Positions 38,605 to 48,050 of a stretch of DNA of 64,000 nt are shown here, in pieces (position 1 is the stretch's first letter; every line of letters starts with the position of its first letter). The DNA lies in the NCBI GenBank assembly GCA_030432025.1, contig JAUIIA010000002.1:207276-271275 (forward strand). The letters are read 5' to 3'. The notes under the pieces are model-generated. The model was not told where the DNA came from and did no database searches. It saw only the letters and a list, made by a program, of their open reading frames with translations. This stretch comes from Alphaproteobacteria bacterium. GTDB lineage: Bacteria; Pseudomonadota; Alphaproteobacteria; Micavibrionales; Micavibrionaceae. The translations under genes and the position numbers were made by a program.

Positions 38605-40257
38605 ATGAAACGGTTAGACCCTAACGTCTACGAGACTTTCCAAAGTCGTATCGGCGAAACTGCAGCTTATTTTAGACCCGACAGACCAAGCACAATCGTC
38701 AGCAAAGCGGACGATCCGGAAGATCCGGATATCTACGCCGGCCTGATGGTAAATACTGAAGGGATTTATCGGCTGGCGTTAGACAAAGTAAACAACGCAG
38801 TCGTCATGCTGCACTCAAAAGTAGCAGACAATTTACGCGGAGAACGGGACAAAGAAACAGGAGAGATAAGACCAACAGATAAAGGCCTCAGACGAACATA
38901 CGGAATATCCGCCCAAAGAATTACCCCCGGCAGCACCATCCTCCCGCCCCAGCGTGCTCAAAACTTTCGAAAAACAATGATCGCGCACAATAGCGAAATC
39001 AGAAAACTCAATACAGAATACCTAAACATATATGGAATGCGCTTTGACGGCTTAACCGTCTACGGGAATAAGCATATGGCTTACGCCATACAGCAAACCG
39101 GCGAGGACAAATTCAATGTCGATGTCGTAATCCCCAGAAACAAGCGTGGAGAAGGCTTCCTGCCGACAGGTGTCGAACCGGGTAAGATGGCCTCTGTGAT
39201 GAGTAAAAACCTGGGCAAGAACGTATCCCAAGCCGAAGCTCAAACCATCTTTGCCAAACATTGGCAAGAAGTCACGTCCCGCATGTGGGATGCCGACGAT
39301 CCTTACAAAGATCAGAACATGCGACTGAAAAGGGCCATTGCCGACATTGGCATTTACACGCAAAAGCGCGGATTATTTTTGAGCGGTGGCTTCCTGGTCG
39401 CAGGTGGCTTTCTCGCGGTAAAAGACCCCACTTTAGGCGCCGCGATCGGAGCTTTGGCAGCAGGCCACGTTACACTGGACATCATCTTCCATGAAAGTGC
39501 ACACGGCATAGGAAAGTGGTGGGACAAAAAACAAGACCCGCGAGACCCTATGGACATCGACACCTACGGCAATGGCGAGGCTATCGATTTTTATCTGGAT
39601 AAAGATCCTGCCAATTTGAAAAGACTAGCGCGCCATATCGATGTAGAAAAATGCAAAGCCGAAGATTTCAGGTTCCTGACAATCGAAGAGATGCGACACA
39701 TGTTACCCCCCAATACAGATTTCGAGGAACGCTTGCAGCCAGCATCCCTTAGATCTCTGGTAGCAGACGGCAGCCGCAGGGGCTTCACGCCAAAAGTCAC
39801 GTTTCCAGCGCCTTATACGCAACTTGAAGTATTTCAAAGCGGCCTGGTCGTTTTAAAGCACTCCATGGAGGATGGACGCATTTTGATGTTCGCGACAGAC
39901 CGAGAAGAAGCCTGCTTGAAAGACGACGTAAGGCTGCCGTGCGCATATGTTGACCAAATCAATGACGGTGGACCGATCCAGAGGATTGTCTACAACCCAC
40001 GTCATGTGGGCTCTTATGGCGATAGCTTTGAACAAGAAGCAGTAACGTTTGAAGAAATGCAAAAAGAACTACGTGCTCAGCTATTCACGGTCGACAAATC
40101 TTCCCGCATCTATACGGGAGAGATATCTCCCAGATTTCAAGCCGAGGGGTTTGAAGCCATAAAAGGGTATTTTGACCCTGATATCGACCGAAGCCAACCC
40201 GAACTGTATATGGGGGGCACGGAACCGATGGTGCCGAGTTACCGCAATCTGGCATAG
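38605..40257 (+). CDS. Hypothetical protein (550 aa) with a central Gly-rich hydrophobic segment and an HExxH motif
   Basis: Long clean ORF. GLFLSGGFLVAGGFLAV...GAAIGALAAG is followed by FHESAHG (39490-39504). No family recognised. Confidence 0.55.
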   Translation: MKRLDPNVYETFQSRIGETAAYFRPDRPSTIVSKADDPEDPDIYAGLMVNTEGIYRLALDKVNNAVVMLHSKVADNLRGERDKETGEIRPTDKGLRRTYGISAQRITPGSTILPPQRAQNFRKTMIAHNSEIRKLNTEYLNIYGMRFDGLTVYGNKHMAYAIQQTGEDKFNVDVVIPRNKRGEGFLPTGVEPGKMASVMSKNLGKNVSQAEAQTIFAKHWQEVTSRMWDADDPYKDQNMRLKRAIADIGIYTQKRGLFLSGGFLVAGGFLAVKDPTLGAAIGALAAGHVTLDIIFHESAHGIGKWWDKKQDPRDPMDIDTYGNGEAIDFYLDKDPANLKRLARHIDVEKCKAEDFRFLTIEEMRHMLPPNTDFEERLQPASLRSLVADGSRRGFTPKVTFPAPYTQLEVFQSGLVVLKHSMEDGRILMFATDREEACLKDDVRLPCAYVDQINDGGPIQRIVYNPRHVGSYGDSFEQEAVTFEEMQKELRAQLFTVDKSSRIYTGEISPRFQAEGFEAIKGYFDPDIDRSQPELYMGGTEPMVPSYRNLA

Positions 40258-40291
40258 CTGAAGAACATGCATAACGGCAAAAATACTTTGC

Positions 40292-40320
40292 TTGCCTTAT
40301 AGGGGGTTGCTATAAGGCAA
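40292..40320 (+). promoter_or_regulatory. Perfect 11-bp hairpin that sequesters the Shine-Dalgarno of the DUF481 gene
   Basis: TTGCCTTATAG-GGGGTTG-CTATAAGGCAA. The AAGG lies in the 3' arm 6-9 nt before ATG 40324. No T-run follows. Confidence 0.4.
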
Positions 40321-40323
40321 GTC

Positions 40324-41256
40324 ATGCCTAAACAAAATTTTCAGCTCTTTGCCCTCTGTGCAACCGCAAGCGCTTTAATTGCGCCTTCGGCCCTCGCACA
40401 GAACCCGTTCCCCTCTCACGACCAGTCCGTCACTATTTTCAGCCTTGATGGACCCGTGGAGCCTGTGCAATACGAACCGCCGCGTGAACGCCCTGCCCGC
40501 TATGTCGCCCCGCAAACAGTGTCAGTTAGTGAGGTAGAACCGGTCGATGTTGTTGATGCAGCCCCCAACCCCGACGCAGGACTATGGGGCGCAGTCTGGT
40601 CCGGTCGTGCAAATCTGGGCGCGACACTACAGGACGGAAATTCGAACGAAAAAACAATTAATGCCGACGCTGAAGTTCAGGCCGAATGGATGGATGGTGA
40701 TAAACCCAAACACCGTGCAACGATAAAAGCCGACTACGACCGCGAAGAAGATAACGGCACAAAGACTGAAGATAACCGCTCTGTCGAAGGTTTGTATGAC
40801 TACTTCTTTGCCCCTAAATGGTTCTTGGACGTCAATGCAAAATACGAAGAAGACGAAATCAGCGATCTTGATCACCGCATCACGACAGGTTTCGGTCTGG
40901 GTTATCAACCTTATAAACAAGACGATCTGAACCTACAGTTCATTCTTGGCCCGTCTTACTTACGTGAAGAATTCGCCAACGGTGACACAGAAGATTCAGC
41001 CGCCATCCGTGAGGCAACAGAATACGACCAGAAATTCTGGGACGATCTGATCCAACTGTTCCATGAACATGAATTACTGGTTCCTACTGACGACACCGAT
41101 GCTTTTGTCTTTGAAAGCGAAAGCGGTGTGCGCGTTCCTCTCCGCAAAGGTCTGGTTGCAACTGCCGAAGTCGAATATGACTGGGATAACGCACCGGCCC
41201 CGGGCGTGGAAGAGGATGACACCACCTACGCCCTGAAGCTCGGATACGAATGGTAA
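40324..41256 (+). CDS. DUF481 (YdiY-like) outer-membrane beta-barrel protein
   Basis: Signal peptide, alternating beta-strand pattern (ANLGATLQDGNSNEKTINADAEV...), and the C-terminal ALKLGYEW aromatic terminus. Confidence 0.65.
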   Translation: MPKQNFQLFALCATASALIAPSALAQNPFPSHDQSVTIFSLDGPVEPVQYEPPRERPARYVAPQTVSVSEVEPVDVVDAAPNPDAGLWGAVWSGRANLGATLQDGNSNEKTINADAEVQAEWMDGDKPKHRATIKADYDREEDNGTKTEDNRSVEGLYDYFFAPKWFLDVNAKYEEDEISDLDHRITTGFGLGYQPYKQDDLNLQFILGPSYLREEFANGDTEDSAAIREATEYDQKFWDDLIQLFHEHELLVPTDDTDAFVFESESGVRVPLRKGLVATAEVEYDWDNAPAPGVEEDDTTYALKLGYEW

Positions 41257-41294
41257 CTCGCTGCACTGTATAAAAACAGCGAGCAACCAAAACT

Positions 41295-42197
41295 TTATGC
41301 CGCTAGGTCGAGACCAAAGTCGTTATGGTCATGCTGCTCGGCTTCGTATTCAGTAATCGCACTCATCACCTTCATGAAGCGCTCTTGCAGTTCGCTCTGA
41401 CGCATATCTACAACATCACGACGGACTCCGAGTCCTTCATGCGCAAATGTGACAGCTTCTTGAGCGTAGCTGTTGATTGTGCGGCCACCGTAGCTCGGCC
41501 CGTCATCATCATTAGCAGCAACAAGTTGGAAAAATTCAGGCATAGCAACCTTGAGGTCCGCGAGGAATTCCGTGCTCTCAAACTCATCCATACCATCAAG
41601 CTTGGAAGCCACAGCCTCGACAAAGCTGGTAAAAGACGGTGTGTCGTTAACAGGTGCTGAAAAGACATTTGCCGGTTCTTCGGCAGTAAAAACCGCAGGC
41701 ATCTCCATCACATCTTCCAAACGCGATTTCGTATCAATGTCATGATACTGCGTCACGGAGTTCGCATATGTTGTACCAAGAACAGCTGCAATACTATCAC
41801 CTGCACTGCTTTTAGAGGCAGAGCTACCGGCAGCGGATGACTTACCACCATCAAAAGATGTACTAACAGAACGACCGCTGGATGCACTGGATGACATTGT
41901 GCCCAACTGCTTGCCGCCTTTAGTTTCGATCTTTGTGACAGCAGTAGCACCTTTCCAGTCCGCCATGTCTATGTCTGCGATACCGTCAGAACCATCAACT
42001 TCAATCTCCTCGGGTTCAAAGCCAAAAACTTTCGAGAGGGCTGTCTCTTTCTTGAGAACAGTCGTGGTCTTTACTGAGTTTTCGCTCACTCCGGACTTCC
42101 GCGCCGCCTGCATCTCTGCTTGCTTGGCTAGGCCTGCGTACTGGTCCGTAGACACATTGAACAAAAAATTACCGTGGGTTTGAGTTTCTAGGCTCAT
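41295..42197 (-). CDS. Hypothetical protein (300 aa), Ser-rich centre
   Basis: Clean ORF; no family recognised. Confidence 0.5.
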   Translation of the reverse strand: MSLETQTHGNFLFNVSTDQYAGLAKQAEMQAARKSGVSENSVKTTTVLKKETALSKVFGFEPEEIEVDGSDGIADIDMADWKGATAVTKIETKGGKQLGTMSSSASSGRSVSTSFDGGKSSAAGSSASKSSAGDSIAAVLGTTYANSVTQYHDIDTKSRLEDVMEMPAVFTAEEPANVFSAPVNDTPSFTSFVEAVASKLDGMDEFESTEFLADLKVAMPEFFQLVAANDDDGPSYGGRTINSYAQEAVTFAHEGLGVRRDVVDMRQSELQERFMKVMSAITEYEAEQHDHNDFGLDLAA

Positions 42198-42605
42198 TGT
42201 TTAGTCATCCATTTTTTTGATTGATTAAGTATAGATTTGATGTTGTGACTATAAAAAAGCGCCACAACAAATACAGTTGCTTCAGGTTATAGTTAAATAC
42301 ATGAAAAAATGCAACTTTCAGCAAGTATAAATGCGTTTTCAGCCACTTTTTTACTACAAGAGAATGGCAATTTTGCTATATATATGATTTAAAACTAATA
42401 TAAAACCAAAGTAAAAAAGCATCAAATAAAGTAAAGAAAATTTATACAAAAAACTTTTACTAGGGACACATTGCTAACCCTACACTGGCTATTACGCGAT
42501 TATTAAAAAGTCGTTTATTTTCAATGACTTACAAAAACCCAAAAAATGGCAGATTTCTGCGGCTTTCAAAACAGGATTCGCACTCAGCGCCGTTTATAGC
42601 CCAAC

Positions 42606-42634
42606 AAAAAACGCGGAGCCAAAGGCCCCGCGTT
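42606..42634 (-). terminator. Rho-independent terminator of the Lys-rich gene
   Basis: Minus strand reads AACGCGGGGCC-TTT-GGCTCCGCGTT followed by TTTT. Confidence 0.7.
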
Positions 42635-42659
42635 CTTGCTCACAAAATCGAAAGAGTGG

Positions 42660-43337
42660 TTACTTTTTCTTCTTTGCAGTTGTCTTTTTCTTAGCCGCTG
42701 GCTTCTTCGCGACCTTCTTAACAGTTTTAGCAGCAGAGGCAGCACGCTTAACGGCTGTCACTTTTCTATTACTGTTTGCAGCTTTTTTCTTAACTGTGGC
42801 TTTGCCCGCAACTTTCTTGGTTACTGACTTTTTAGCCGCAGCCTTCTTAGGAGCCGCCTTTTTCTTTGCCGCCGGCTTTTTAGCTACAGTCTTTTTCTTG
42901 GCTGTAGTTTTCTTCGCCGCTGTCTTCTTAGGGGCTGCCTTTTTCTTTGCCGCCGGCTTTTTAGCTACAGTCTTTTTCTTGGCTGTAGTTTTCTTCGCCG
43001 CTGTCTTCTTAGGGGCTGCCTTTTTCTTTGCCGCCGGCTTTTTGGCTACAGTCTTTTTCTTGGCTGTAGTTTTCTTAGCAGCTGTCTTTTTAGCTGTTGT
43101 CTTCTTGTTGGTATTCGCCGCTGACTTCTTTACGACTTTCTTTTTAACTGCAGGCTTCTTCGCCGTAGTCTTTTTAGCTGTAGTTTTCTTAGCAGCAGCT
43201 TTTGTCGTAGACGTTTTAGGCTTCACTGCTTTTTTAGCAGGCGCTTTCTTTGACGCAGGTTTTTTAGTCGTTGCTTTTTTTGCTGCAGGTTTTTTAGCCG
43301 CAGGTTTTTTGGCAACTTTCTTGGTAGTCGTAGCCAT
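42660..43337 (-). CDS. Lys/Ala/Thr/Pro-rich histone H1-like (AlgP/Hc-like) basic protein
   Basis: 225 aa made almost entirely of [12 protein letters not shown] units, with internal 27-aa repeats; a terminator lies downstream. Confidence 0.8.
   Translation of the reverse strand: MATTTKKVAKKPAAKKPAAKKATTKKPASKKAPAKKAVKPKTSTTKAAAKKTTAKKTTAKKPAVKKKVVKKSAANTNKKTTAKKTAAKKTTAKKKTVAKKPAAKKKAAPKKTAAKKTTAKKKTVAKKPAAKKKAAPKKTAAKKTTAKKKTVAKKPAAKKKAAPKKAAAKKSVTKKVAGKATVKKKAANSNRKVTAVKRAASAAKTVKKVAKKPAAKKKTTAKKKK
42846..43075. repeat. 81-bp tandem repeat, ~2.8 copies, in frame (27 aa)
   Basis: Unit starts at 42846, 42927 and 43008. Copies differ at only 1-5 positions (for example TTAGCTAC vs TTGGCTAC). 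Confidence 0.85.
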
Positions 43338-43582
43338 GGTTTTTCTCCTGAAAAGTTTTTGATCGAGAAACGATCTCTGAATGTGAAGTGGTCGAGTGAC
43401 CGAAAAGGAAGGAAGCGAAATAAAAATTATTTCTACATGAAACTATACGTTGATTTGCAATAAGAAACAAAAAGTTTTTTACCAGTCCAACTTCAACAAA
43501 CACCGGTGAATTACTTGCAGCATGCTTGCAGTGCAGCATACTGCTTTAACTAAGTGTTAATCATAAAGTGCTAATTAAAAGC

Positions 43583-44395
43583 ATGCACAGGGACTTTGAG
43601 AGTATAACTAATAATATAAATAGTACTCACGAAACATCTTCTTCAGACGACGCTTCGTGGCGTATAGAATTTGTTGAGAAACCCCTGGAACTCGGCTTCA
43701 TCGATAATCTGATTTTTAGAGGACGCGATGCAGGACATTCTTTTCTTCGACTCGTCGATCAATACGACAAAGTGCGCGGCGAATTACATGGTTATAGTTA
43801 CGACCCTGACAAAGAACAAATCTCCGACGCAAACTTCAATCCATGGAAACGCGCAAAACACAGATTCAAAAGATCGGCGTTACCGTTTTCTCCGAACACA
43901 TTGAAAGTTTTTCATTTCGGTTTTCATCGCAGTCGTCACCCTGAACAAAAATCACAAACCGTTCTGGAAGGCCAGCGCAACGACATGATTGCAAGTTGGA
44001 TGAAAGCGATTAACCGCGGCATGGATATCAATGCCGAAGATCATGAATATCGCCCGCTTGCATGGTTACAATTAAAGAGCGCGCAAAATTGTCACACCGT
44101 TACATCGGACTTACTCGATGCGATGGATGTGCCGAGTGACCTGATAACCGAATATGCGTCGCCGGGCTTTAAGAACAGCATCGAAACATCACCCGATATC
44201 AGCGGCAGCATCATGCAGCACCCTGCACCGAAGCACTTGCGTAACCTCTATCATGCTATGGCTTCATGGAGTGAAAAACTCATTCCCAACGTATCGGCCT
44301 CCCTCCGCAGCAGCGCAGATGACATGCGGGCCGTCCTGTCCCGTGACAACTGCGAACTGGATCTGGGCGAAGACGGCCTCAACCCTATTATCTAA
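43583..44395 (+). CDS. Hypothetical protein (~270 aa)
   Basis: The ORF opens at GTG 43568; the first ATG is at 43583. No family recognised. Confidence 0.5.
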   Translation: MHRDFESITNNINSTHETSSSDDASWRIEFVEKPLELGFIDNLIFRGRDAGHSFLRLVDQYDKVRGELHGYSYDPDKEQISDANFNPWKRAKHRFKRSALPFSPNTLKVFHFGFHRSRHPEQKSQTVLEGQRNDMIASWMKAINRGMDINAEDHEYRPLAWLQLKSAQNCHTVTSDLLDAMDVPSDLITEYASPGFKNSIETSPDISGSIMQHPAPKHLRNLYHAMASWSEKLIPNVSASLRSSADDMRAVLSRDNCELDLGEDGLNPII

Positions 44396-44446
44396 CACTA
44401 TCTGCCAGATTGACTTTCCGCGCAAAGCTGCTTATCCCTCTTATTC

Positions 44447-46117
44447 ATGAGTGATATTGATCAAGACATAGCCAATAAATGCCGTGCTTGGCCCTTCGAA
44501 GAGGCCAAAGCTGTTATCAAACGCCTGCGCGCAATGAACCGCGGAGAGATCAAACCGAACGACAAAGGATACGTTCTGTTCGAAACAGGATACGGCCCGT
44601 CCGGGCTGCCCCATATCGGCACATTCGGTGAGGTCGCCAGAACGACGATGGTGCTTCGCGCATTTAAACGTCTGGCACCCGATATCCCTGTAAAACTGAT
44701 TTGCTTCTCCGATGACATGGATGGCTTCCGTAAGGTACCAACCAATATCCCTAATCAGGACGAGATGAAAAACTATCTCGGCATGCCTCTGACATCCGTG
44801 CCGAACCCGTTCGAGACCGAACATGAAAGTTTCGCCGCACATAACAACGCAAAACTTTGCGAGTTCCTCGACAGCTTCGGTTTCGATTACGAATTCATGA
44901 GCTCAACCAAAGACGGTTATAAAAACGGCCGCTTCAATGAAACACTCGGATTGATGCTCGAAAAATATGAAGAGATCCGTGGTGCTGTTCTTCCTATTCT
45001 GGGTGAAGAACGTGCCGCCACCTACTCTCCGATTTTCCCGATCATCGATGTCGATGGCAAACCTTTTATTCTGCATAACGCGGTTTTAAAATCCGTCGAA
45101 GATGCATCAACAGGAACGGCGACATTCGAACTCGCCGACGACAGTGAAAAAGACAAAACAGGTTTGGGTAAAGGCGAGATCATCACCCAAAGTATTTTCG
45201 ATGGCGGATGCAAAGCACAATGGAGAGCCGACTGGGCCTTACGTTGGTATGCTCTCGATGTTGATTACGAAATGGCAGGTAAAGACCTCGTCACGGCTGC
45301 GGATATCTCTGCCAAGATTGTTCAGATTTTGGGCGGTCGCGGGCCTGCTGGTTTCCGCTACGAAATGTTCCTCGATGAAAAAGGCGAGAAGATTTCCAAA
45401 TCAAAAGGTAACGGTTTGACGATGGAGGAATGGCTGACCTATGCCCCGCATGAGTCCCTCGCCTATTACATGTATCAACGCCCGACCTCGGCGAAGAAAC
45501 TCTACTTCGATATCATCCCGAAGGCCGTAGACGAATACATCACCTTCGTCGATAAATTGCCCGAACAAGATGATGCAAAGAAATTGGAAAACCCGTCATG
45601 GTATATCCACGATGGTTCGATCCCGAATTCACAACACACACCGATTTCATTCGCACTGCTTTTGAATTTGGTCAACGCCGCGAACACAGATGACCCGCAA
45701 ACATTGTGGAAGTTCATCAACGCCTACGCGCCCGAAGCGAACCCGGACAACTCCCCGTTCCTCGACCGCCTTGTTGGTTACGCGATCAAGTACTATCAAG
45801 ACTTCGTATTGCCGGAGAAAAACTACCGTGAAGCAGACGAGCGTGAACGCGCCGCCCTCACCGATCTTGCCAACCGCCTCGAAGGCATGGAAGCCGGCCT
45901 CAAAGCTGAAGACTACATGACCGAGGTTTTCAGCGCAGGTAAAGAAAACGGCTACGAAAAAGACGAACTTCGCGATTGGTTCAAGGCTATTTACGAAGTC
46001 TGCCTCGGCCAGACACAAGGCCCGCGTTTCGGCTCTTTTATCCAGCTTTACGGCGTAAAAGACACCGCTGCGCTCATCCGTGACGCCCTCGACGGCAAGT
46101 TTTCCAAAGCCGCCTAA
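44447..46117 (+). CDS. lysK: Class I lysine--tRNA ligase
   Basis: Class I HIGH-type motif (PSGLPHIGTFGE) and KMSKS-type motif (KISKSKG); the 556-aa length and layout are typical of alphaproteobacterial/archaeal class I LysRS. Confidence 0.9.
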   Translation: MSDIDQDIANKCRAWPFEEAKAVIKRLRAMNRGEIKPNDKGYVLFETGYGPSGLPHIGTFGEVARTTMVLRAFKRLAPDIPVKLICFSDDMDGFRKVPTNIPNQDEMKNYLGMPLTSVPNPFETEHESFAAHNNAKLCEFLDSFGFDYEFMSSTKDGYKNGRFNETLGLMLEKYEEIRGAVLPILGEERAATYSPIFPIIDVDGKPFILHNAVLKSVEDASTGTATFELADDSEKDKTGLGKGEIITQSIFDGGCKAQWRADWALRWYALDVDYEMAGKDLVTAADISAKIVQILGGRGPAGFRYEMFLDEKGEKISKSKGNGLTMEEWLTYAPHESLAYYMYQRPTSAKKLYFDIIPKAVDEYITFVDKLPEQDDAKKLENPSWYIHDGSIPNSQHTPISFALLLNLVNAANTDDPQTLWKFINAYAPEANPDNSPFLDRLVGYAIKYYQDFVLPEKNYREADERERAALTDLANRLEGMEAGLKAEDYMTEVFSAGKENGYEKDELRDWFKAIYEVCLGQTQGPRFGSFIQLYGVKDTAALIRDALDGKFSKAA

Positions 46118-46285
46118 ACACGCTAAAACCCGCAGAATACTGGGAAAAACGACGTTTTACTCACAATTCATGTAAAATTTAGATAAAATTTTAGATAAAT
46201 TTAAAATGTATTAACCATTTCGGTATTACCATAAAATTAGAGGTTACTAATTTCCTCTTTGAATTTACTGTTGTTGGGGCAACGT

Positions 46286-46789
46286 ATGTTTGGATTTCAA
46301 TTTTTACAAATAAAGCCTGAAAAGGTCCTTCGCCGCTTAAAAGACTTCGAGCTTTTTTGCCTGGACGAAAAGCACATGTCCCCTGAGCATTTTCAAACAC
46401 TGAACGAAGAATTATCCATGAGTGCGGTACTGCATATCGGTACACGCCATTACCGCAAGGAAATGGATGGTAAGCACCTCATCTGGCAAGGGCTGGACTC
46501 TCGTGAACATGATCTGGGGCTTATTGACGACCTGCAACTGCGCCATACCGGACCCGGTTTCCATCGCTCATCGACAAATGCTCTGGCTGGTGAAAATGTC
46601 GCAAAATCCGATGTCATCGAATTACCCAAAAGCAAACGCCAAGTCAGCCTGGTCATCATGAAGGACGGTACCACCGGTGTTGGACCTGACTATAAAACGG
46701 CCCTGCGCAGCGCTGCTCTAAAGATGCATCTCAAACAAACTTTCGAGCAGCAAAACAAGTCCAGTATCTGGGAACGCTATTACGGCTAG
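46286..46789 (+). CDS. Hypothetical protein (~167 aa)
   Basis: The ORF opens at TTG 46259; the first ATG is at 46286. No family recognised. Confidence 0.45.
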   Translation: MFGFQFLQIKPEKVLRRLKDFELFCLDEKHMSPEHFQTLNEELSMSAVLHIGTRHYRKEMDGKHLIWQGLDSREHDLGLIDDLQLRHTGPGFHRSSTNALAGENVAKSDVIELPKSKRQVSLVIMKDGTTGVGPDYKTALRSAALKMHLKQTFEQQNKSSIWERYYG

Positions 46790-46847
46790 CGCGCGCTAAA
46801 AAAACTTTCTTGCACTCAGCACTCAATTACCATAAAAAACCCAACCT

Positions 46848-47318
46848 ATGGGAAAATATGTCGACTATTTCAAGGTATTCGCGACCGACCTAAGTACTGC
46901 CGATGGCTTTATGCGCTGGGATCAGGCCGAACAATTAATGACAGAACTGCGTTCAGCACCGAGCATGCGGCTGCCGCACACTGATGGCGGCTGTAAACAG
47001 CGCGCATCCCTGCTCAACCATATCTTCGACAGAAACGGCTTCGAAACGCGCCGTGCTTACGCCAGCTTCGACACCCAAGACCCGCGCAACCTCTATAAAT
47101 GGTTTAAGCATGTCGCGGCTGCAGCAGCAGCGGGACCTGACGAACACATTGTTTTCGACCTCACTGTTTGTGATCGTCCGGTAAGATTTGAGGAATGGTC
47201 GGAGACCATGATTTCAATGGGCGCCTATCCGATGTACACGGAAATTCAAAACGAACGTGTTTTTGCAGAACATCCCCCAACGACTTGGTTGGAGCAACTG
47301 GATATACTGGCAGCTTAA
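46848..47318 (+). CDS. Protein-glutamine glutaminase-like (papain-fold Cys-His-Asp) protein
   Basis: DGGCKQRASLLNHIFDRNGF and WFKHVA...IVFDLT parallel, from memory, the catalytic segments VDGCYARAHKMRQILMNNGY and WSYHVA...IIDPS of Chryseobacterium protein-glutaminase. No signal peptide. Confidence 0.5.
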   Translation: MGKYVDYFKVFATDLSTADGFMRWDQAEQLMTELRSAPSMRLPHTDGGCKQRASLLNHIFDRNGFETRRAYASFDTQDPRNLYKWFKHVAAAAAAGPDEHIVFDLTVCDRPVRFEEWSETMISMGAYPMYTEIQNERVFAEHPPTTWLEQLDILAA

Positions 47319-47320
47319 AA

Positions 47321-47998
47321 TTACGAGCGCTTCACCACGCTGACATCCGTCTCGGGGAAATCAAATTTATCCATGTGATATTCGTCGCCTTTTTTGATCG
47401 GCGTTTGCGGCCCCCAATGCGTAACGATTTTATTCAGATCAGGGCGCTCGCGCTCTTCCTGAACGCCTTCCGGCGCAGTACCGATGTAAAAGAAACCGGC
47501 AACAGCATCATTCTCACTGATACCCAACTTCGCCTTCACAGCTTCATCATAAGCATACCATTCCGTAAGCCATTGCACGCCGTATCCATGCGCATTCGCC
47601 GCCAGAACCAGATTTTGCGAAGCCGCTCCGACCGTCATCAACTGCTCCCACAGCGGCTTTTTACTTTTACGCATTCGCATGACCAAACCAACCACAAGCG
47701 GCACGCGCATGAAGCGGTTACGCTCGCGCTCTACTTGCACGCCCTCAGCCTCAGGATTATTCTTGGAATACACCTCACCAAATACATCGCCCGCATGCTT
47801 GCGCGCATCCCCCTGAAAAACCAGGTGGTAAAACGGCACGACTTTACCGTGATCGGGCACGCGGGAAGCGGCCGTTAATATCTCCGATAACTGCTCCTCA
47901 CTCGGCCCCGGCTCCACCAAATCATCCGCCTTTACGCTGCGGCGCTTCAGTAAATATTCGAGCGTTTCATTGCTGGGTTTTCCTGACCATGTGTCCAT
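47321..47998 (-). CDS. Nitroreductase family protein
   Basis: LLKRRSV FMN-binding N-terminus and a conserved core. The ORF extends to 48190, but ATG 47998 (MDTWSGKP) avoids overlap with the divergent MscS gene. An alternative ATG is at 48025. Confidence 0.8.
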   Translation of the reverse strand: MDTWSGKPSNETLEYLLKRRSVKADDLVEPGPSEEQLSEILTAASRVPDHGKVVPFYHLVFQGDARKHAGDVFGEVYSKNNPEAEGVQVERERNRFMRVPLVVGLVMRMRKSKKPLWEQLMTVGAASQNLVLAANAHGYGVQWLTEWYAYDEAVKAKLGISENDAVAGFFYIGTAPEGVQEERERPDLNKIVTHWGPQTPIKKGDEYHMDKFDFPETDVSVVKRS

Positions 47999-48050
47999 GC
48001 TATATCCTTCGTAGTTTTCAAACATATGGCGAATAAGGAGCGGCAAATCA

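Noticed and set aside
42198-42659. A ~460-bp AT-rich non-coding region, examined for an sRNA or a mobile-element remnant.
   Set aside because: I could not identify inverted repeats, a convincing promoter-terminator pair or any ORF. It most likely holds the promoter region of the 41295..42197 gene together with the downstream terminator of the Lys-rich gene.
42846-43075. Regularly spaced 81-bp repeats considered as a possible CRISPR array.
   Set aside because: The repeats are contiguous with no unique spacers, lie in frame inside a coding sequence, and no cas genes are nearby.
42796-43362. A 188-aa plus-strand ORF rich in F/A/L/V opposite the Lys-rich gene.
   Set aside because: It is the mirror translation of AAG/GCN repeats (Lys/Ala becomes Phe/Leu/Ala). 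The minus-strand gene has a terminator and a plausible family.
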